This document shows, one piece after another, positions 7,725 through 16,939 of a DNA stretch of 34,708 bases. Under the pieces are notes generated by a model. That model was not told where the DNA came from. It searched no databases and worked only from the letters and a program-made list of their open reading frames with translations. Source of the DNA: Ignavibacteria bacterium (GTDB lineage: Bacteria; Bacteroidota; Ignavibacteria; Tepidaquicellales; OLB5); NCBI GenBank assembly GCA_030835005.1, contig JAUQWT010000085.1:1-34708 (forward strand), in the 5' to 3' direction. The position numbers and the translations under genes are program-made. Each line of letters starts with the position of its first letter. Positions within the stretch are counted from its first letter, which is position 1.

Positions 7725-9185
7725 TTGAATAATCTAAAACTCATTAATATTTTGAGGACTTTTTCGAAAACGGAAATGAAAGATTTCGAAAAGTTCATTT
7801 CTTCTCCATTTCATAACCGGGGCAGAAATTACGTTCCCTTTTTTAACCAGCTTAAAAAATTCTATCCAAAATTTGATGATAACAGGATGACTCCGGAATA
7901 TATTTATTCAAAAATATATCCTGGTAAGAAATACAATAAACAAATTCTCTGGAATATGACTTCATCTATGCTTGCAATGAGTGAGGATTTTTTGATTTAT
8001 GTTTCTTTAAAGAGGAATAAATTCGAAAGAGAGCGCAAAGTTGCAGAAGAATTTCTTGAAAGAAGACTTTCCTCTTATTATAAAAAAAAGCTTAATGAAA
8101 TGGAGTCTGCTCTTGATAGCCTTGGAATAGGCTCAGCATATTTCAGACACAAGGCTGAGCTTGAGGATGGAAGAATGGCATACCACTTTATTGAAGACAC
8201 GCAGCAATTTCTTCCTGAGCTGGTTGATAAAAAAGGTAACTATGTCATCCTGCACTTTATGAGAGAAATTTCTGATATAATTGGCAGTTTGCGTACAAGC
8301 AAGAGTATGTATAATAGGCAGTATGAGGGATCAATCCCGTATAAATTTGTTACAAACCTAAAGCTTGATAAAATAGTGGAATTTGCATATGGGACAAAAT
8401 TTAAGTATGCCGCTGTTCTGGATATATATTATGAAACAATAATGCTATCGCTGGAATACGATAATAAAAAACATTTTTTCAGGCTAAAGGAACTATTCGA
8501 ACAGAATCATCATCTTTTTACAAACGAAGAAAAGCATTTAGTAGCAGCAGAGCTTACAAACTACTGCGTACAGAAAATGAACGAAGGGGACAATTCTTTG
8601 AGGCACGCTAACTTTGAACTTGATAAATTTAAGCTTGAAAATGAAATTGTTTTAATAAGCCGCATGTTGCCAAAACTCACTTTCATGCAGATTCTTGGTA
8701 ATGCTCTGTATTTAAAGGAATTTGAATGGGCCAGGACATTTATTGAAGAGTACGCGCCAAAACTTAAGCCTTCATACCAAAAACCAACAAAAATGCTTTG
8801 CTATGCACACCTGTATTATCTTCAAAAGGATTACGGGAAAGTTCTTGAGTGCCTTAGCAAGGTTGAATTTATAGATATGTTAGATAAAATTTATGTAAAG
8901 ACTCTTTATATAAGAACATATTTTGAGATGAAGGAATTTGAGACTTTGCTCAGCTACCTTGAAACAACCAGGCATTTTTATGAAAAGAACCCATATGTAA
9001 GTAATGTATTAAGAAGTAATAATATAAAATTTATTAGCTGCATGAGCCGCCTCTTATCGGCAATTGAATCAAACGATGATTTTGAAATGGATAGAATATG
9101 GAAATTTGTTAAAGGTGATAAATCTGTTGCGAATGGCTTGTGGATTGCTGAAAAAATAGAAGAAATGCAAAAAGGAGCTATTTAG
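7725..9185 (+). CDS. Uncharacterised 486-aa all-helical protein, paralog of 2251..3687
   Basis: TTG start; shared blocks KLxxxLxTFS-x2-E-x3-F-x2-F-x2-SPxxN, KFxPxFD, E-x-IYS, CxSKVxF and the C-terminal W-x2-E/D motif. Confidence 0.9.
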   Translation: MNNLKLINILRTFSKTEMKDFEKFISSPFHNRGRNYVPFFNQLKKFYPKFDDNRMTPEYIYSKIYPGKKYNKQILWNMTSSMLAMSEDFLIYVSLKRNKFERERKVAEEFLERRLSSYYKKKLNEMESALDSLGIGSAYFRHKAELEDGRMAYHFIEDTQQFLPELVDKKGNYVILHFMREISDIIGSLRTSKSMYNRQYEGSIPYKFVTNLKLDKIVEFAYGTKFKYAAVLDIYYETIMLSLEYDNKKHFFRLKELFEQNHHLFTNEEKHLVAAELTNYCVQKMNEGDNSLRHANFELDKFKLENEIVLISRMLPKLTFMQILGNALYLKEFEWARTFIEEYAPKLKPSYQKPTKMLCYAHLYYLQKDYGKVLECLSKVEFIDMLDKIYVKTLYIRTYFEMKEFETLLSYLETTRHFYEKNPYVSNVLRSNNIKFISCMSRLLSAIESNDDFEMDRIWKFVKGDKSVANGLWIAEKIEEMQKGAI

Positions 9186-9194
9186 CTCCTTTTG
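9168..9194. terminator. Bidirectional terminator, GGAGC family copy 3, overlapping the stop of 7725..9185
   Basis: CAAAAA-GGAGCTATTTAGCTCC-TTTTG between convergent genes. Confidence 0.8.
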
Positions 9195-9219
9195 TGGTTA
9201 TACTATAAACTGACTTAAA

Positions 9220-9250
9220 CTAATCGGATGACTTAAAGTCATCCAATCAG
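9220..9250. repeat. REP-like palindrome
   Basis: GGATGACTT-A-AAGTCATCC core with imperfect extended arms; same core as 585..601. Confidence 0.65.
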
Positions 9251-9264
9251 TACTAGAGTCGTGG

Positions 9265-9522
9265 TTATTTCATTTTATTAACAGCTTTTGTAAGCTTTGA
9301 TTTCTTATTCGCAGCATTGTTTCTGTGAATAATACCCTTAACTGCAGCCCTATCGAGTACTGTAACGGCTTTTTTCAGCTCTTTTTCAGCATCTTCCTTT
9401 TTCTTGGACGTAGTTACATTTTTCAAAGCGGATTTAATTTTAGCTTTAAAGTGTTTATTATATTCAGTCTTCTTAGGTGTCTGTCTTGCTCTTTTTTGCG
9501 CAGATTTATGTCTTAACGGCAT
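9265..9522 (-). CDS. rpsT: 30S ribosomal protein S20
   Basis: KSAQKRARQ...LDRAAVKGIIHRNNAANKKSKL. Confidence 0.97.
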   Translation of the reverse strand: MPLRHKSAQKRARQTPKKTEYNKHFKAKIKSALKNVTTSKKKEDAEKELKKAVTVLDRAAVKGIIHRNNAANKKSKLTKAVNKMK

Positions 9523-9573
9523 CTATTTTTTATCCTTTTTATACTAAAATTATACGTTTATTATTGCTTAATT

Positions 9574-9581
9574 CAAACTTA
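9574..9581 (-). promoter_or_regulatory. Bacteroidota-type -7 element for rpsT
   Basis: TAAGTTTG on the - strand, ~50 nt upstream of the ATG. Confidence 0.6.
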
Positions 9582-9720
9582 ATTTCAAAAATAGCCATAA
9601 CCTTATTGAAAATCAATTTACTATTTTCCGCCTAAAGGCAAAAGCCAACTGAGATTCCGGGATATATCAACTGCAGATTTCTCAGCAATGGTGGTGTAAA
9701 TTAATCAAAAACAAAGAATA

Positions 9721-11289
9721 ATGGAAAAAACCAAGAACAAGATCCTATGGGTTGATGATGAAATTGAGCTTTTGCGCTCCAATATACTATTCCTTGAAGA
9801 TAAGGGCTATTCTGTAGAAAAAGCAACAAATGGTGAAGATGCTGTTGATATGGTGAAAGAAAAAGACTTCGACCTCATTTTCCTGGATGAAATGATGGCA
9901 GGCATGGGAGGACTCAAAACCCTCGCCTCTATTAAGGAGGCGCAGCCAAATGTACCTGTAGTGATGGTCACTAAAAATGAAACCGAAACCCTGATGGAAG
10001 ATGCCATAGGCGCAAAAATCTCAGACTATCTTTTGAAGCCGGTTAATCCAAACCAGATACTTCTTGTCTGCAAAAAATTCCTTGAAGGCAAGCGTATAAA
10101 AAGTGAAACAGTTTCGCGGGATTACATACAGGAACTCAATAAGATCAACATGGCCATGATGGAGCCGCTGGATCATAATGACTGGATTAAAATTAACAGC
10201 GATCTTACCCAGTGGGAAATGGAGCTTGATGAACATCCGGAACTTGGTTTAAAAGATACGGTTCTTGCTACTAGAAAAGAATGTAACGCAGAATTTTGCC
10301 GATTCTTTGAAAGAAATTATGTTGAGTGGATCCACGGCAAAAAAGAAGGCCCTGTTTTTTCCAACGGTATTGTTGAGAAATATGTATTCCCTGAGCTTAG
10401 TACTCACAAATCGGTTTTCTTTTTTGTAATTGACTGCATGAGGCTTGACCAGTGGATGCTTATGGAAAAAATGCTGTATGATTACTTTAAGATAACGAAG
10501 GATTTCCATTACGGCATGATACCTTCGGCAACTCCATATGCAAGGAATGCGATCTTCAGCGGGCTATTCCCAAGTGATATAGAAAAACATTACCCGGAGC
10601 TATTTGCCAAAGGCGAAGATGATGAGAACAGCAAGAACAATTATGAAAAAGAATTCATGCAAAAGCTGATTGACAGAAAAAAAATCAAGCTGAGGAATGA
10701 ATTACGTTATGTAAAGATACTTGATGCAGAATTCGGAAAAGGGATCGAACACAAGATTTCGAGCTTCAGCAATACTCACTTAAATGCAATTGTTGTGAAC
10801 TTTGTTGATATACTTGCGCACAACAGAAGTGATAATGCAGTATTGAAAGAAATTGCTCCGGATGAATCTGCTTACCGTTCACTAACACAGTCATGGTTCG
10901 AGCATTCATCGCTCTTTTCAATGTTCAAAATACTCTCGCAGCAGAAAGATATTAAGATAATTGTAACTACCGATCATGGCAGCATACGATGTATGCGCGG
11001 TGCAAAAGTGCTGGGTGATAGAGAAACATCTACCAATTTGAGATATAAATACGGCAGGAATGTTAAGATTGATGACCGCCAGGCAATATTCATACGCAAT
11101 CCGCATGATTACAAGCTTCCTAAAAGAGGCGGAATAGTGAATTATGTGGTAACAAAGGAAGATTTTTATTTCGTATATCCAACCGATTATCATTATTACC
11201 TGAATCATTACAAGAATACTTTCCAGCACGGCGGTATTTCCATGGAAGAATTGATATTACCCGTGGTAACGCTTGAACCGAAGGTGTAA
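9721..11289 (+). CDS. porX: Response regulator with PglZ/alkaline-phosphatase-like domain (PorX family)
   Basis: Receiver domain ILWVDDEI...FLDEMM...KPVNPNQILL; PglZ motifs IDCMRLDQW, PSATPYARNAIFSG, TTDHG, TFQHGGISMEE; followed by tsaE. Confidence 0.9.
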   Translation: MEKTKNKILWVDDEIELLRSNILFLEDKGYSVEKATNGEDAVDMVKEKDFDLIFLDEMMAGMGGLKTLASIKEAQPNVPVVMVTKNETETLMEDAIGAKISDYLLKPVNPNQILLVCKKFLEGKRIKSETVSRDYIQELNKINMAMMEPLDHNDWIKINSDLTQWEMELDEHPELGLKDTVLATRKECNAEFCRFFERNYVEWIHGKKEGPVFSNGIVEKYVFPELSTHKSVFFFVIDCMRLDQWMLMEKMLYDYFKITKDFHYGMIPSATPYARNAIFSGLFPSDIEKHYPELFAKGEDDENSKNNYEKEFMQKLIDRKKIKLRNELRYVKILDAEFGKGIEHKISSFSNTHLNAIVVNFVDILAHNRSDNAVLKEIAPDESAYRSLTQSWFEHSSLFSMFKILSQQKDIKIIVTTDHGSIRCMRGAKVLGDRETSTNLRYKYGRNVKIDDRQAIFIRNPHDYKLPKRGGIVNYVVTKEDFYFVYPTDYHYYLNHYKNTFQHGGISMEELILPVVTLEPKV

Positions 11290-11324
11290 TTGCACAATCG
11301 AAAATTCGTAATGAAATTTTTTGA

Positions 11325-11765
11325 ATGATACGCGATTTTGCCGTAACGACAAATTCTGCTGGGGAAACCCAAAAGTTCGGATTTGAGCTTGCAAAAAGTT
11401 TAAATCCCGGAAGTGTTGTTGCTTTGTACGGCGATCTAGGAAGCGGTAAAACGCAAATTGTAAAGGGTGTTTGCAATGCTTTGGGAGTAAAACAAACCGT
11501 AAACAGCCCTACTTTTATAATTGTGAATGAATACACTGCAACAGACTCAAAGCTGATTTATCACTTCGATCTTTACAGGATGAAGTCCCTTGATGAAGTC
11601 CTTGATATGGGGTTTAAGGATTACCTTGATGAAAGTTCAATTATACTTATAGAATGGCCGGAGAAAGTTGAAGATATTTTGCCTGCGAATGCCGTTAAGA
11701 TACATATTGCCCATACAGTTGAAAATGAGAATGCAAGATGGATAAAGATGGAGAAATCTGATTGA
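11325..11765 (+). CDS. tsaE: tRNA t6A37 biosynthesis ATPase TsaE
   Basis: GDLGSGKT, VNSPTF, YHFDLYR, IEWPE. Confidence 0.96.
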   Translation: MIRDFAVTTNSAGETQKFGFELAKSLNPGSVVALYGDLGSGKTQIVKGVCNALGVKQTVNSPTFIIVNEYTATDSKLIYHFDLYRMKSLDEVLDMGFKDYLDESSIILIEWPEKVEDILPANAVKIHIAHTVENENARWIKMEKSD

Positions 11766-12421
11766 ACTTGCTGCTTATAAATTCAGGTGATAAAGAACCG
11801 TTCGTTGCCTTATATAAAAACGGTGAGTTGATTATTTATCATGCTTCGGAGTATTTACATAGCACAAATCCCCGCGACAAAAAACCTGATAAGCTGATCA
11901 ACTGTCTTGATGATTTGACGAAAGAGAATGAAATAAAGGAAACAGAAGCAATTGCAGTTACAATCGGCCCAGGGTCGTTTACAGGTATAAGGGTCGGTCT
12001 CTCCCTTGCAAAAGGACTCGCATTCGGACTTAACGTAAAGCTTATCCCTATCACAAATTTTGAACTAACGCTTAACCGTCTTGAAAATATCCAAACGGAC
12101 GAAAAATATTGCATAATAATTCCAGCAAAGCTGCCTGAATACTATTATTCTGTTGATACTGTTGGAAACGGTAATGTGCGGGGCTGTGCTGAATTGGATG
12201 ATTTGTCAAAAATCCTGCAAAAAGATACAATTATTGTGGGAGATTTTGATGATGAAACTCATTTAAAACATTGTTATTTTGAGTATATTAACGTAAAAAA
12301 TCTGAAAAAAGAAGCAGATTCCTTGGCTGAACTTGCCATTTCAAGATTCAGAGCTGGCAAGGTCTTTGATGCTGAAGATGTTGAGCCGCTATATCTTAAG
12401 GATTTTAATATAAAGAAATAA
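11762..12421 (+). CDS. tsaB: tRNA t6A37 biosynthesis protein TsaB
   Basis: IAVTIGPGSFTGIRVGLSLAKGLA and C-terminal VEPLYLK. Confidence 0.92.
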   Translation: MNLLLINSGDKEPFVALYKNGELIIYHASEYLHSTNPRDKKPDKLINCLDDLTKENEIKETEAIAVTIGPGSFTGIRVGLSLAKGLAFGLNVKLIPITNFELTLNRLENIQTDEKYCIIIPAKLPEYYYSVDTVGNGNVRGCAELDDLSKILQKDTIIVGDFDDETHLKHCYFEYINVKNLKKEADSLAELAISRFRAGKVFDAEDVEPLYLKDFNIKK

Positions 12422-12466
12422 GTTGCCTGTTAACTTATTCAATTGTAAACACTAATTTACAGAACA

Positions 12467-13309
12467 ATGGCCTGGTTTAAGAGAACAAAGCAGAATATTG
12501 AGACCCAGGAAAAAAAGGATCTCGGTGAAGGGCACTGGGTTAAATGCCCTAAGTGTGATGAAATTATGCACAAAAAGCAGTGGGAAAATAATTTTTACCT
12601 CTGCACAAAATGCGATTATCACTTCAGGATAGGAAGCGAAGAATATTTTACAATACTTTTTGATGAAGGTACGTTTAAAGAGTTCGATAGAAAAGTAACT
12701 TCCAAAGACCCGCTTGATTTTGTTGACTCGAAAAAATATAAAGACAGGTTAAATGATACTATCAAACAAACCGGTCTTTACGACGCCATCAGGAATGCCT
12801 TTGGCGAAATTAACGGCAAAGAGTGTGTTATCAGTGCAATGGATTTTAAATTCATTGGCGGCTCCATGGGTTCAGTTGTAGGTGAAAAAATTGCGCGCGG
12901 TATACAAAAGGCGATAAAAGAAAAATGCCCATATATTATTATCTCAAAATCCGGCGGCGCAAGAATGATGGAAGCTGCAATTTCACTTATGCAGCTTGCC
13001 AAAACTTCAGCATGGCTGGCTAAACTGGCCGAAAACAGGCTTCCTTATATTTCTGTCCTCACAGACCCCACAACCGGCGGCGCATCAGCAAGTTTCTCTA
13101 TGCTTGGTGATGTTAACATTGCCGAGCCCGATGCGTTAATTGGTTTTGCAGGGCCAAGAGTTGTAAGGCAGGCAACAGGTAAAGACCTTCCCAAAGGATT
13201 CCAGCATGCAGAATTTGTTCAGGAGCACGGTTTTTTAGATTGTGTTGTAAACCGCAAAGACCTAAAAGATAAGATATACCAGTTCATGAAATATATGCAT
13301 GGGGGATAA
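12467..13309 (+). CDS. accD: Acetyl-CoA carboxylase carboxyltransferase beta subunit
   Basis: Zinc finger WVKCPKC...[34 protein letters not shown]. Confidence 0.97.
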   Translation: MAWFKRTKQNIETQEKKDLGEGHWVKCPKCDEIMHKKQWENNFYLCTKCDYHFRIGSEEYFTILFDEGTFKEFDRKVTSKDPLDFVDSKKYKDRLNDTIKQTGLYDAIRNAFGEINGKECVISAMDFKFIGGSMGSVVGEKIARGIQKAIKEKCPYIIISKSGGARMMEAAISLMQLAKTSAWLAKLAENRLPYISVLTDPTTGGASASFSMLGDVNIAEPDALIGFAGPRVVRQATGKDLPKGFQHAEFVQEHGFLDCVVNRKDLKDKIYQFMKYMHGG

Positions 13310-13351
13310 GCGCTGGTTTTTTGCATCCGGCATATAAAACATGAACCATAA

Positions 13352-14218
13352 ATGAAGATACTTCGCAAAATAAGCGAAACCAGAAAGATTACTTCGGCTC
13401 TTATCCTAAGAAAGAAAATAATAGGCTTTGTACCTACAATGGGTTACCTCCATGAGGGACATCTTTCGCTTATCAAAGCTGCAAAGAAAAAATCCGATGT
13501 TGTTATTGTAAGTATTTTTGTTAATCCCCTGCAATTTGCTCCGAACGAAGACTTCACAAAGTATCCACGGAATTTTAAGAAGGACGAAAAACTTTGCCGT
13601 GCCGAAGGCGTTGATTATATTTTTTATCCTGATATAAAGGAAATGTATCCGGATGATTTTTCTACTTATATTACTGTTGAAAATGTAAGTGCGGGGCTTG
13701 AAGGAAAGATCCGCCCTGAGCATTTTAGAGGAGTAGCAACAATTGTCCTTAAGCTCTTTAATATTGTGCAATGCAGTTTTGCTGTATTCGGGCAAAAAGA
13801 TGCACAGCAGGCATGCGTCATTAAAAAAATGACTGAAGACCTGAACATTAATACAAAAATTATCATTTCCCCAACCGTTCGCGAAAATGACGGGCTGGCA
13901 ATGAGTTCACGGAATGTTTATCTTACCCCCGGACAAAGGGCTGACGCTGCTTACTTATATAAAGCGCTTGAATATGCCCGCCGGAAAATAATGCTTGAGA
14001 ATTATAACCGGGATATTGCCTTCCTAAAGGGGCAGATGAGTAAACTTATAAAATCGCGCAAAACTGCAACAAAAATTGATTATATTTCGTTTAACAATAG
14101 CAGAACGCTTGAAGAAGTGCAAACGCTTAAAAACCTCAAAAGCGCCAGTATTTTGATAAGTTTAGCGGTTAGATTTGGCAAAGTAAGGTTAATTGATAAT
14201 ATAGTAATTAAGCGTTAA
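13352..14218 (+). CDS. panC: Pantoate--beta-alanine ligase
   Basis: GFVPTMGYLHEGH, SIFVNPLQF, FGQKDAQQ, GLAMSSRN, RLIDN. Confidence 0.97.
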   Translation: MKILRKISETRKITSALILRKKIIGFVPTMGYLHEGHLSLIKAAKKKSDVVIVSIFVNPLQFAPNEDFTKYPRNFKKDEKLCRAEGVDYIFYPDIKEMYPDDFSTYITVENVSAGLEGKIRPEHFRGVATIVLKLFNIVQCSFAVFGQKDAQQACVIKKMTEDLNINTKIIISPTVRENDGLAMSSRNVYLTPGQRADAAYLYKALEYARRKIMLENYNRDIAFLKGQMSKLIKSRKTATKIDYISFNNSRTLEEVQTLKNLKSASILISLAVRFGKVRLIDNIVIKR

Positions 14219-14246
14219 TTTTGAGTAATAAGAAAGGATCTTCACC

Positions 14247-14627
14247 ATGGAAAGAATAATGTGCAAATCAAAGCTGCACCGCGCGACGGTAACGCAGGCT
14301 GAACTGTTTTACGAAGGAAGCGTAACGATCGATGCTGATCTGCTGGATGCTGCAGATATAGTGCCTTACGAAAAAATTCAGGTTGTCAATATCAACAATG
14401 GCTCCCGGTTTGAAAGTTACGCAATCGAAGGCAGAAGAAGAAGCGGAACAATATGCATTAATGGCGCAGCAGCAAGAATGGCAGCAGTTGGTGACGAAAT
14501 AATTATCATTTCGTATGCAAACTATAATGAAGAAGAATTGAAGTCATTTAAGCCTACGCTTATTATGATGGATAAGGGCAACAAGATTAAGGACATTAAG
14601 CATACTAACGAAATAATAGAAGTGTAA
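14247..14627 (+). CDS. panD: Aspartate 1-decarboxylase
   Basis: [18 protein letters not shown] self-cleavage site, INGAAAR. Confidence 0.97.
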   Translation: MERIMCKSKLHRATVTQAELFYEGSVTIDADLLDAADIVPYEKIQVVNINNGSRFESYAIEGRRRSGTICINGAAARMAAVGDEIIIISYANYNEEELKSFKPTLIMMDKGNKIKDIKHTNEIIEV

Positions 14628-14980
14628 TGAAAAGACTTATATATTTGCTTCCGATAGTTGCAATTTTTATTTGTTCCGGCAGTTTATTTTCCCAGAAAAT
14701 GTATAAGGTTCAGTATGAATCACAGGCTGATCTGAAAATTTATGTGGTCTCGTATGAATCGCAGGCTGATTTGAATGTTTATATGGTCAAATATGAATCT
14801 CAGGCAAGCAAAGACGGTTTGTGGTACAATGTTGCTTACGAAAGCCAGGCAGATTTTAAGCTCTATTTCGTTGAATACGAATCTCAGGCTGACCTGAAGA
14901 TCTATTTTGTAGATTACGAGTCACAAGTTGGATGGAAGAACAAGCAGAAAGAGTATCTTTTGAAGTTTAAGAATAATTAA
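14627..14980 (+). CDS. Exported repeat protein, DUF6150-like
   Basis: Signal peptide, then six VxYESQ(A)D-type repeats ending in GWKN. Confidence 0.75.
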   Translation: MKRLIYLLPIVAIFICSGSLFSQKMYKVQYESQADLKIYVVSYESQADLNVYMVKYESQASKDGLWYNVAYESQADFKLYFVEYESQADLKIYFVDYESQVGWKNKQKEYLLKFKNN

Positions 14981-15055
14981 TCTACCTGAATTATATCAAA
15001 TCGATAGTGTTCATCTTTAACATTCCCCTGCTCTTGGATATTTAATAATAATACT

Positions 15056-15913
15056 ATGCCAATAACCGATACCAATTTCAACGAGAAAAACTTGGCCTTC
15101 CGTGAGAATGAGCTTGCTGAGCTGATGAAGAAAGTCAAAACCACAGAAGGCACAGATGGTAAAAAGCTCGCAGTGGCAATACTTGCGGCGGGACTTGGAA
15201 AGCGGATGAAATCACCCGAAAAACCAAAAGTTATGTTTGAAATTAATGACAGGCCGATGATTGATTATGTTGTTGAGCTTGCTTTTAAGGTCAATGCAGA
15301 TGAAGTTGTGCCTATAGTTGGACACCACAGAGAACAGGTTATTAATTTTCTGAATAGCAAATTCCCCGGAAAAAATATTAAATACGCGATTCAGGAAGAA
15401 CAGCTTGGCACCGGACATGCACTCATGCAGACTGAAAGCCTGCTTAAGGATTTTGACGGAGAGATACTGATCTTATCGGGAGACGTTCCCCTTTTAAAAT
15501 TTGAAACTGTTGAAAAGCTTTTAGATGAGCATTTCCAAAACGGGAATCTAGCGACTTTACTTACAACAGTATTTGAAAATTCTCATGGCTATGGCAGGAT
15601 AGTTCGCGACGCAGAGAATAACTTCCTTAAGATTGTTGAAGAAAAAGACACAAGTGATGAAGAAAAAAAGATCAAAGAGATAAATCCGGCAATATATTTA
15701 GTTAACTCAGGAACATTGTTTGATGCGCTCGGCAAAATTTCCCCTGAAAATAATCAGAAAGAATATTATTTAACCGATATCTTCAACTTCATTCCTAAGG
15801 ATAGAATAGGCACCGTGGTTACTGATGACGAGCTTGAAGTAACCGGTGTTAATTCAATTGAACAGCTTAAAGAGATGGAAGATTCGATTAATTCACGCAT
15901 TCCTACTAAGTAA
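15056..15913 (+). CDS. Sugar-phosphate nucleotidyltransferase, GlmU N-terminal domain only
   Basis: LAAGLGKRMKS, QEEQLGTGHA, GDVPL, YGRIVR, NNQKEYYLTD, GVNS; stops before the left-handed beta-helix acetyltransferase domain. Confidence 0.88.
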   Translation: MPITDTNFNEKNLAFRENELAELMKKVKTTEGTDGKKLAVAILAAGLGKRMKSPEKPKVMFEINDRPMIDYVVELAFKVNADEVVPIVGHHREQVINFLNSKFPGKNIKYAIQEEQLGTGHALMQTESLLKDFDGEILILSGDVPLLKFETVEKLLDEHFQNGNLATLLTTVFENSHGYGRIVRDAENNFLKIVEEKDTSDEEKKIKEINPAIYLVNSGTLFDALGKISPENNQKEYYLTDIFNFIPKDRIGTVVTDDELEVTGVNSIEQLKEMEDSINSRIPTK

Positions 15914-15933
15914 CAGCAAAATAAACTTAAAAC

Positions 15934-16845
15934 TTGACCCAGGCAGTCAAACGGAATTCCAGTTTTTTCCCCGAAGACCTTATCGCTATTTCAGTTTCCG
16001 GCATAATTGTACTGGCGCAAATATACTGCTTCTGGATGGGTATGATAAAGGATGTCTCACAGATCATCATTCCGGCAGTATCGTCAACAGTATTAACCCT
16101 CTTTATTATCTACCGCAGAAGAACTTCATCAAAAACCATAAAATTTATAAGCAGCTATCTGCATATTCCGTTTTATGGAATAATTTTCAGCGCATTCCAG
16201 ACAATTATACATAAGATAAACCCGAATGACTATGATGCCCTGCTTTTAAGGATTGATCTGAGTGTGTTCGGATTTGACATAACGCGCAGTTTTGAACCAT
16301 TCATTAGCAAGGGTTTAACTGAAATACTTACACTTTCTTATTTTTCTTATTACGTTCTGCCAAGTCTGACTTTTGTGCTTCTGTATTTCAAAAAAGAAAG
16401 CGGCGCATTTACATTTTCAAGGCAGTACTTACTTGCCATATTGATTGCATGGTACAGCGCATTTATTTTTTACATAATTTTGCCGGCGGCGGGACCTGAT
16501 ATTGCTTTCCCGGAACACTATACTGTGCATCTTCAGGGACTCTCACCAATTACAAATACATATTTGAACAATCTCGGGCAGTACTTAAGGGAATCATTTG
16601 TCCGCAACACATTTCCCAGTCTGCACTTTTGCATTATACTTATCACAAACTTTTTTGCATATAAGCTGAGAAGAAAATACTTCCTCTTCTGCACTTTGCC
16701 TCTTGGAACCATGCTTGCAATAGCAACAGTGTACTTAAGGCAGCATTACCTTATCGATCTTGTTGGCTCTTTACCCCTGGCCGCTCTCAGCATTTACCTC
16801 TCAATAAAATTGATCAATTCACGTAACAAAAAAGAGGCCGCTTAA
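15934..16845 (+). CDS. PAP2-superfamily membrane protein (AUR1/inositol phosphorylceramide synthase-like)
   Basis: Multiple TM segments with PAAGP, NTFPSLH and YLRQHYLID motifs. Confidence 0.85.
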   Translation: MTQAVKRNSSFFPEDLIAISVSGIIVLAQIYCFWMGMIKDVSQIIIPAVSSTVLTLFIIYRRRTSSKTIKFISSYLHIPFYGIIFSAFQTIIHKINPNDYDALLLRIDLSVFGFDITRSFEPFISKGLTEILTLSYFSYYVLPSLTFVLLYFKKESGAFTFSRQYLLAILIAWYSAFIFYIILPAAGPDIAFPEHYTVHLQGLSPITNTYLNNLGQYLRESFVRNTFPSLHFCIILITNFFAYKLRRKYFLFCTLPLGTMLAIATVYLRQHYLIDLVGSLPLAALSIYLSIKLINSRNKKEAA

Positions 16846-16858
16846 GCCTCCTTTGTTT
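16825..16858. terminator. Probable bidirectional terminator
   Basis: AACAAAAAA-GAGGC-N7-GCCTC-CTTTGTTT between convergent genes. Confidence 0.55.
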
Positions 16859-16868
16859 TAATGTTATA

Positions 16869-16939
16869 TTTTCGCTTTTTTACTTTTGCCTTCTCACTTT
16901 ATTTCACTATCCCGCCATTTAACTATTTCGCTATCTCGC
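16869..16939. repeat. Degenerate 7-mer then 8-mer tandem repeats
   Basis: TTTTCGC/TTTTGCC/TTCTCAC followed by TATTTCAC TATCCCGC CATTTAAC TATTTCGC TATCTCGC. Confidence 0.55.

Noticed and set aside
9625-9700. Small hairpins upstream of porX (GCCT-AA-AGGC; CTGAGA...TCTCAG)
   Set aside because: Stems are short and match no riboswitch I recognise.
9721-11289. BREX phage-defence PglZ
   Set aside because: The N-terminal receiver domain and tsaE synteny identify PorX; no other brx genes are present.
14700-14930. Repeated TATGAATC(A/G/T)CAGGC units that superficially resemble a short array
   Set aside because: They are in-frame YESQAD protein repeats with synonymous variation and no unique spacers.
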